Of a stretch of 64,000 nucleotides of DNA, positions 58,038-64,000 are shown in pieces. The position numbers and the translations under genes were made by a program. Source of the stretch: Gemmatimonadota bacterium (GTDB lineage Bacteria; Gemmatimonadota; Gemmatimonadetes; Gemmatimonadales; GWC2-71-9); NCBI GenBank assembly GCA_036679645.1, contig JAZDCY010000056.1, positions 32,001 through 96,000 on the forward strand, read 5' to 3'. The notes beneath the pieces are model-generated. The model made no database searches. It was not told the DNA's origin and saw nothing but the letters and a program-made list of their open reading frames with translations. Positions within the stretch are counted from its first letter, which is position 1. The number at the start of each line of letters is the position of its first letter.

Positions 58038-61000
58038 ATGATCCACCGACGCCTCTCGCCGGTCGTGACCGTGTTCCTCGCGGCAGCGGCGACCTCCGCG
58101 CACGCCCAGGTCAGCCAACCTCTCGATTCCACCACGATGAGCGCATTCCGGTGGCGAGCCATCGGCCCAGCCTCTATGAGCGGCCGCATCACGGACGTCG
58201 AGGGCATTCCGAGCCCTTCGAAGACGTTCTTCATAGCGGCGGCAAGCGGTGGCATCTGGAAGACGACCAATGCCGGCACAACGTTCCGCCCCGTGTTCGA
58301 TCACGAGCGCGTGATCTCCATGGGCGACATCGCGATCGCCCCGAGCGACACGATGATCGTCTGGGCCGGGACGGGCGAGGAGGATTCCCGCAACTCGATC
58401 TCGCCGGGCGGCGGGATCTACAAGTCGATCGACGGTGGCCTCACGTGGACCCTGATGGGACTCGAGGCCACCCAGCAGATCGGGCGCATCGTGATTCACC
58501 CAACGAATCCAGACGTCGTCTACGTCGCGGCTCTGGGCCACGTTTGGGGTCCAAATCCTGAACGCGGTTTGTACAAGACGACCGACGGCGGCGAGACCTG
58601 GGAGTTGATCAAGTTCATCAGCGACCGGGCGGGCTTTGTGGATGTTGCGATGCATCCCAACAACCCGGACATCCTGTTCGCCTCGAGCTGGGAACGGGTA
58701 CGCGGTCCGTATTTCCTACGGAGTGGCGGACCTGGGAGCGCCTTGTGGAAGACGACCGACGGTGGGGCCAACTGGACCGAGGTTCGCGGGAACGGTTTCC
58801 CCGAGACCATGCTCGGACGCATTGGGATCGCCATCGCGCCGAGCAACCCGGACATCGTGTACGCCCTGGTCGAGGCCGATTCCACCGAGGGCGGGGGTGG
58901 GTTGCTGTCAGGACTTTATCGCTCCGAAGACGCTGGGGGCTCATGGGAGCGCATGAGCGAGCGCGATTCGCGGCCGTTCTACTACTCGCAGGTCCGCGTC
59001 GACCCGCAGAACCCCGATCGCGTCTACTGGTCGTCCGGCCCGGTGAATTTCTCCGATGACGGCGGCAAGACCGTCCGCAACGCGACCGTAGGGATTCACG
59101 TCGACCACCATGCCATGTGGATCGACCCCACCGACCCGGAACACTTCATCGTCGGGAACGACGGTGGCGTGTCGCAGACATGGGACCGTGGCGGAAACTA
59201 CCGCACGCTAAACGTCATGCCGCTCGGCCAGTTCTACGCGGTCAGTTACAACATGGAGGTACCCTACCGCGTCTGCGGCGGCTTGCAGGACAACGGCTCG
59301 TGGTGCGGGCCGAGTCGGCGCTCCCGTGGTGCCATCACAAACGAGCACTGGTCCTACATCAGCGGCGGGGACGCGCCTGAATCTGGCAACCGGCAATCAG
59401 TCGCGGCTGCAGAAGCCCGACTGGCGGCAGCGGTACACCACGTACGAAGATTCCGTCATCATCGAACTGCCGGATACGACGCAGCGGCCCAATCGCCAGC
59501 AGCGTCGTCGTATCGAGAGCTTCCGCCAGCAGCAGCACGCCGATTCGGTCAACATGGCGTTGCGCTGGAACTGGAGCACGCCCTTTTTCATCTCCGAGCA
59601 CTCGCCCACTACGTTCTACGCCGGTGCGAGTCGCGTGCTGAAGTCCACGAACCGCGGTGAGGGGCTCTATCCCATTTCACCCGACCTCACGACACAGGAC
59701 GCCGAGCGCATTCGCATCAGCACCGAGACGACCGGTGGGATCACGCGAGACGTCACGAACGCCGAAACGCATAGCACGATAACCGCGCTGGCGGAATCGC
59801 CGATCCGTCCGGGACTGCTCTATGCCGGCACAGACGACGGGAACGTCTGGCTCACGCGAAATGATGGCGGTGACTGGGACGAATTAACCGGTCGGTTCCC
59901 CGGCGTTCCGGCAAAGACGTGGGTGAGCCGTATCGAGCCGTCGCATCACGACTCGGCGGCATTTTATGTCTCGTTCGACGGTCACCGGGAGAACGATTTT
60001 GCGCCGTACGTGTACGTGACGCACGATTTTGGCGCGACGTTCCGGTCGATCGCCAACGATCTTCCAACTGGCGGCCCCAATTTCATTCACGTCATCCGGG
60101 AAGATCCGCACAATGCCGATCTCCTGTTTGTCGGCACCGACGTCGGCGTCTATGTATCGACAGATCGCGGCGCGTCGTGGCAGCGTTTCATGGAAGGTCT
60201 CCCGACGGTGCCCGTGCACGATCTCAAGATTCACCCACGGGATCGCGAGCTGATCGCGGGGACGCACGGGCGCTCGATCTGGATCGTCGATATCGCAACT
60301 CTCGAGCAGCTCACCAACGAGGTGCTGGCGGCGGACGCCTACCTGTTTGAGCCGAAGACCGCGTATCAGTACAACTCACCGCCGCGGGGCGGGCAGAACT
60401 ACGGTCACGACGTCTTCGAAGCCCAAAGCCCCCGGTATGGGGCGGAGATCGTGTACCGTCGCACGAGCGGGGAGCGCCGCACGCAGACACCCATCGTCAT
60501 CACGAACGTGATGGGCGATACGGTGCAGACGCTGCAGGGACCCGGCACGCCGGGTATCCATCGGGTGACGTGGAACTTTCGCGGTGCGCCGGCGCCCAGG
60601 GACCCGCTCTCGCCATCCCAGCAGCGCGACTCGGTGTTGTTCCTGCGGCGGCTCGATGTCGTGTTCGACTCCGTCGCAGAGGCCGGGACACCGCGCCAGA
60701 TGCTGGATCGGATCCGGAACGGTATCGCCTCCGGCAACACGGACCAGCTGCGCCGCCTTGCGGGCTTTGGTGGCGGGGGTGGCGGCGGTGCCTTTGGCCG
60801 TGGGCAGAGGAATCCAGGTCAGTTCAATGAGCGACCCGGTGAGTCGCGGGCCCGCGGGCAACGTGGACCGGGCGCGCGCGGCGGCGGTCAGGGCGGTGCT
60901 CGTGCAGCGGGAGGTCAGGGTGAACCTTCGGGAGGTGCCGGCGGCGGGTTTGCGGGTGCGGGTCGCGAGATGATGCGGGACATCTTCCGGCTGTTCCGTC

Positions 61001-61218
61001 GGGATCGAGAACTGCGCCGGTACAGTTCCGCGTTCGGCCTTGGTGGGTTCGGATTCGGGGGCCGCGGGCGCGGGGGCGGCGGCGGCTCGTTGGTCGAGAC
61101 CGGTGACTATCTCGTGAGCGTCACGATCGACGACGAGACGATGCGGCGCGTGCTGCGCGTGGAGCGCGTGTCCGGTGGCCGCAACGGGGGCGTGGCGTTC
61201 GAGGAGGAGGAGCGATAG
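58038..61218 (+). pseudogene. Large secreted VPS10/BNR-repeat (glycosyl hydrolase-like) protein split by a frameshift at ~59370
   Basis: Two overlapping ORFs (58038..59660 and 59326..61218) carry consecutive halves of one family, with S/T-x-D-G-G-x-T/S-W BNR repeats throughout. Confidence 0.8.
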
Positions 61219-61247
61219 GCCACCCCCAAGAAACGATTCCCATCAAG

Positions 61248-61280
61248 ACGCGGGGGCGCAGGACGGCCCCCGCGTTTGTT
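61248..61280 (+). terminator. Rho-independent terminator
   Basis: ACGCGGGGGC-gcaggacg-GCCCCCGCGT followed by TTGTT. Confidence 0.75.
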
Positions 61281-61449
61281 GTGTGGCAACGCGATACACC
61301 ACGCACTGAACGGCGAGCTTGCAGAAAGCATGTGTGCGTCCCACCTTATTCCAATCCGTCCGAGAGGTTCGGTTCTTGAGCGTGGCTGTGCGATTAAGTC
61401 TTCGGTCCCGACGTGCCTGCCCGTCGTTGGTGCACGTGCCCCGGTCAGC

Positions 61450-61890
61450 ATGACCACCCAGCACGGGTTTACCCTGATCGAGCTCTTGATCGTAGTCGCG
61501 ATCATCGGGTTGCTCGTGCTGATGGCCACACCACGGATCGGCATCGTGCTGGTCGGGCAAAGCGTTCACTCCGCGCGCGATGCGTCGATCGGCATGCACG
61601 GCAGGGCCCGCGCGGCTGCTGTCCAGCGCGGTCAGTCGACCCGGTTGGTGATCAGCGGGAACACCCTGCTCATCCGCAGCGAGCATCCCGTCACCGGAGC
61701 GGTCGATACCGTTGGCCCGGTGCGAGACCTCTTTGACCAGTACAGAGTCACCGTGACCTCGAGTCGAGACTCGCTCGTTTTCGATCCGCGAGGTTTGGGA
61801 AACGATGGTGGACCGACGGTCATCACGGTCACCCGGGGTGTGCACGCGGACACAATCGTCATCAGCACATGGGGCAGGATTCTAAAGTGA
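61450..61890 (+). CDS. Type IV minor pilin, FimT/FimU-like
   Basis: Prepilin motif G|FTLIELLIVVAIIG, ARAAAVQRG, FDPRG. Confidence 0.88.
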   Translation: MTTQHGFTLIELLIVVAIIGLLVLMATPRIGIVLVGQSVHSARDASIGMHGRARAAAVQRGQSTRLVISGNTLLIRSEHPVTGAVDTVGPVRDLFDQYRVTVTSSRDSLVFDPRGLGNDGGPTVITVTRGVHADTIVISTWGRILK

Positions 61891-62234
61891 AGGGCTCCGA
61901 CGGATTCACACTCGTGGAGGTCCTCGTCGCGATGCTGATCCTGACGATCGGGATCATTGCCCTCATCGGATCGTCTGCCCTCGTGACGCGCATGATCACC
62001 CAGGGGCAGATCTTCAGCGAGGCAAGCGCGTTGGCTGCGCAGCGGATCGAGACTTTGCGGAGCGGCGGCTGCGCTGGCATGGGTAGCGGCACTGCAGTCG
62101 ATGGCCCGTATGCGCTCTCATGGACCGTGGTCCCGATCGCTGACGGGAAGGTGCAACGTGTCGAGCTTACCGTAACGATGCCCACTCGCCGCGGGACGAC
62201 CGACCGGGTCTTTGCCACCGCTGTCCTGTGTTGA
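61887..62234 (+). CDS. Type IV minor pilin, PilV-like
   Basis: G|FTLVEVLVAMLILTIG; GTGA overlap with the upstream gene. Confidence 0.85.
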   Translation: MKGSDGFTLVEVLVAMLILTIGIIALIGSSALVTRMITQGQIFSEASALAAQRIETLRSGGCAGMGSGTAVDGPYALSWTVVPIADGKVQRVELTVTMPTRRGTTDRVFATAVLC

Positions 62235-63106
62235 TACACATTGAGAACGAACGCGGGTTCACGCTCATCGAGCTCCTGATATCCCTGGTGCTGGCCTCGC
62301 TGATCGGTACGGCGATCATCAAGACACTCACTGACAGCCAGCAGCTGTACCGAGCGCAGACGGAACGCTCGAGCATGAACAGCAACACACGGATGGCGAC
62401 GGCGATCCTTCCTGCCGAGATGCGCGAGCTGAGCGCGACGGACACCATTGGCGGTGACATCACGGCGATGTCGCTCACCGACATCACCTTCAAAGCCATG
62501 CGGGGCCTGTTTTTCACCTGCACCGCACCGGCGGATGGAGGAGCGACGGGCACCGTCGTGCTCTGGGGTACGCGGTCATTCGGAGTGCGCACCGACATCG
62601 ACGGTGCACGGGATTCGGTGGTCATCTTCGTGGAGGGTGACTCCAGTACGGCGACAGACAACTACTGGTTGCACGCGGGTGTGACCGGCACCCCCGCCAT
62701 TGGAACGGCGTGTCCCGGAGGGGCGGCCAGCATCACGGTGAGTCTGAGCAGTGTCCGACCCATCGGCGGCCTCGGCGGGGTCACTCCCGGCGGCCCGCTG
62801 CGCAGTTTCGAGATGATCCGGATCGCCGCCTACGCCGATGCCCTCGGTGATCGGTGGCTAGGAGCGCAACTGTACAGTGCAGGCGCCTGGGGCGCGATCG
62901 AACCGATACTCGGGCCGCTCGCCCCATCAGGGCTGCAGCTCACCTACTTCAACGCCGCGGGAGCCCCGACCACCTCCGTGGACTCCGTCGCCCGAATCGG
63001 GCTCGTCGTCATCGGGCAGACATCGATCCCCGTGCGGGGGACGGGTGGGATGCGGCGAGCCGTGGACACGCTGATCACCGCCGTCGCCCTACGGAACAAT
63101 CGATGA
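62228..63106 (+). CDS. Type IV minor pilin, PilW-like
   Basis: G|FTLIELLISL, longer beta-rich domain, GLQLTYF, VALRN end. Confidence 0.85.
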   Translation: MLIHIENERGFTLIELLISLVLASLIGTAIIKTLTDSQQLYRAQTERSSMNSNTRMATAILPAEMRELSATDTIGGDITAMSLTDITFKAMRGLFFTCTAPADGGATGTVVLWGTRSFGVRTDIDGARDSVVIFVEGDSSTATDNYWLHAGVTGTPAIGTACPGGAASITVSLSSVRPIGGLGGVTPGGPLRSFEMIRIAAYADALGDRWLGAQLYSAGAWGAIEPILGPLAPSGLQLTYFNAAGAPTTSVDSVARIGLVVIGQTSIPVRGTGGMRRAVDTLITAVALRNNR

Positions 63107-63127
63107 GAGACGGCTAGGGGTTTTGCC

Positions 63128-64000
63128 ATGAAATCACTCCGGCAAGAACGGGGTGTCGCGCTGGTGATAGCTGTATTCGCCCTCGTGGTCATCGGGACGC
63201 TGGTGGCCGCCGCGTTCTTCATAGGTGTGCAACAGCAACGCGTCGGGCGAAACACGTTGACGTTCCAGCAGGCGCTGTCCGCGGCCGAAGAGGGCTTGAC
63301 GATGCAGGTCTCCAATTGGAACAGCACCACGTACAACGCGATGGCGATCGGTGACTCCGTAACGTTCACGGGAACGCTGCCGGGAAACGCGGCCTGGTAT
63401 CGCGGCACGCTCACCCGGCTGAACCCGATGCTCTACTTCATCCGATCGGAAGGGTTCAGCGCCGATAGTCTCTCGCGCCAGCACGTGGGGTTGCTGATCC
63501 GACTCCGTCCACTCGAGCTGCAGATCAACGCCGCGCTCGAGACACAGGGCAGAACGGAACTCAGCGGCAGCGCGTTCCTCGACGGCAGCGACGGGGTGCC
63601 TGCCGGTTGGACCTGCCCACCGGCCGGACCCGCACGCCCCGGGATCCGCATGACGGACTCGACGGAGCTGATCACCCGGGGCGGCTGCAGGGGCTGGGCC
63701 TGCCTGACCGGTGATCCGAAGGTCGAGGAAGATCCGACCATCGACAGCACGTCCCTCATGACCTTTGGGGACGCCGATTTTTCCGACCTCCGACAGTTCG
63801 CCAGCAAGATCCTGCCGCCCGCGACCTATACGGGCGTCGCGCCTGTCGTGGCCGGTGGCGAGTGCGTGACGTCGGAGATCAAGAACTGGGGAGAACCGCT
63901 GGCGCCCGGTTCCCCCTGTGCGGACTATTTCCCGTTCCTCTATGCCGACGGCAGTATCTCGGTCAACGGCGTTAGGGGCCAGGGCGTGTTGGTAGTGGCA
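63128..64000 (+). CDS. Type IV minor pilin, PilX-like (3'-truncated by window edge)
   Basis: MKSLRQERG|VALVIAVFALVVIG (no Glu5, typical of PilX), ALSAAEEGL; frame appears open to the window end. Confidence 0.82.
   Translation, partial: MKSLRQERGVALVIAVFALVVIGTLVAAAFFIGVQQQRVGRNTLTFQQALSAAEEGLTMQVSNWNSTTYNAMAIGDSVTFTGTLPGNAAWYRGTLTRLNPMLYFIRSEGFSADSLSRQHVGLLIRLRPLELQINAALETQGRTELSGSAFLDGSDGVPAGWTCPPAGPARPGIRMTDSTELITRGGCRGWACLTGDPKVEEDPTIDSTSLMTFGDADFSDLRQFASKILPPATYTGVAPVVAGGECVTSEIKNWGEPLAPGSPCADYFPFLYADGSISVNGVRGQGVLVVA

Noticed and set aside
61280..61450. Sigma-54 promoter for the pilin operon
   Set aside because: I found no GG-N10-GC element with correct spacing and flanking consensus.

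Overview
GC-rich bacterial chromosomal window. Its gene repertoire (VPS10/BNR-type secreted protein, RCC1 lipoprotein, 'LADRYRIDRELGSGGMATVYLAED' kinase remnant, short GreA) resembles Gemmatimonadota; this is an inference. The backbone is housekeeping: 3' part of dnaK, degP/htrA, a caa3-type cytochrome c oxidase operon, greA, an ABC-2 exporter, MATE, tig-clpP-clpX-engB, trpE, maf-dtd-glmS-glmM, a Cys/Met transsulfuration enzyme, purD, mutM and the start of a type IV minor-pilin operon. Five accessory or regulatory elements stand out. (1) An integrase-less ~3.9 kb island lies between a 40-bp copy of the 5' end of tRNA-Leu(TAG) and the intact tRNA. It carries a translationally coupled two-gene candidate anti-phage system: a coiled-coil protein resembling the non-catalytic part of long Mrr-family proteins, and a DUF4041/GIY-YIG (PD-lambda-1/SNIPE-like) nuclease. 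(2) A sigma-54 activator is flanked by two mirror-image enhancer/IHF-like/sigma-54 promoter cassettes. (3) A BRCT-DUF6941-HicAB islet. (4) A PilB/GspE ATPase fused to an intact receiver domain. (5) An ATP-grasp ligase plus multi-zinc-ribbon metallopeptidase pair sits between two DNA-repair genes. Several frameshift or deletion lesions could be real pseudogenes or assembly errors. All family assignments come from motif recognition by eye; no searches were run.
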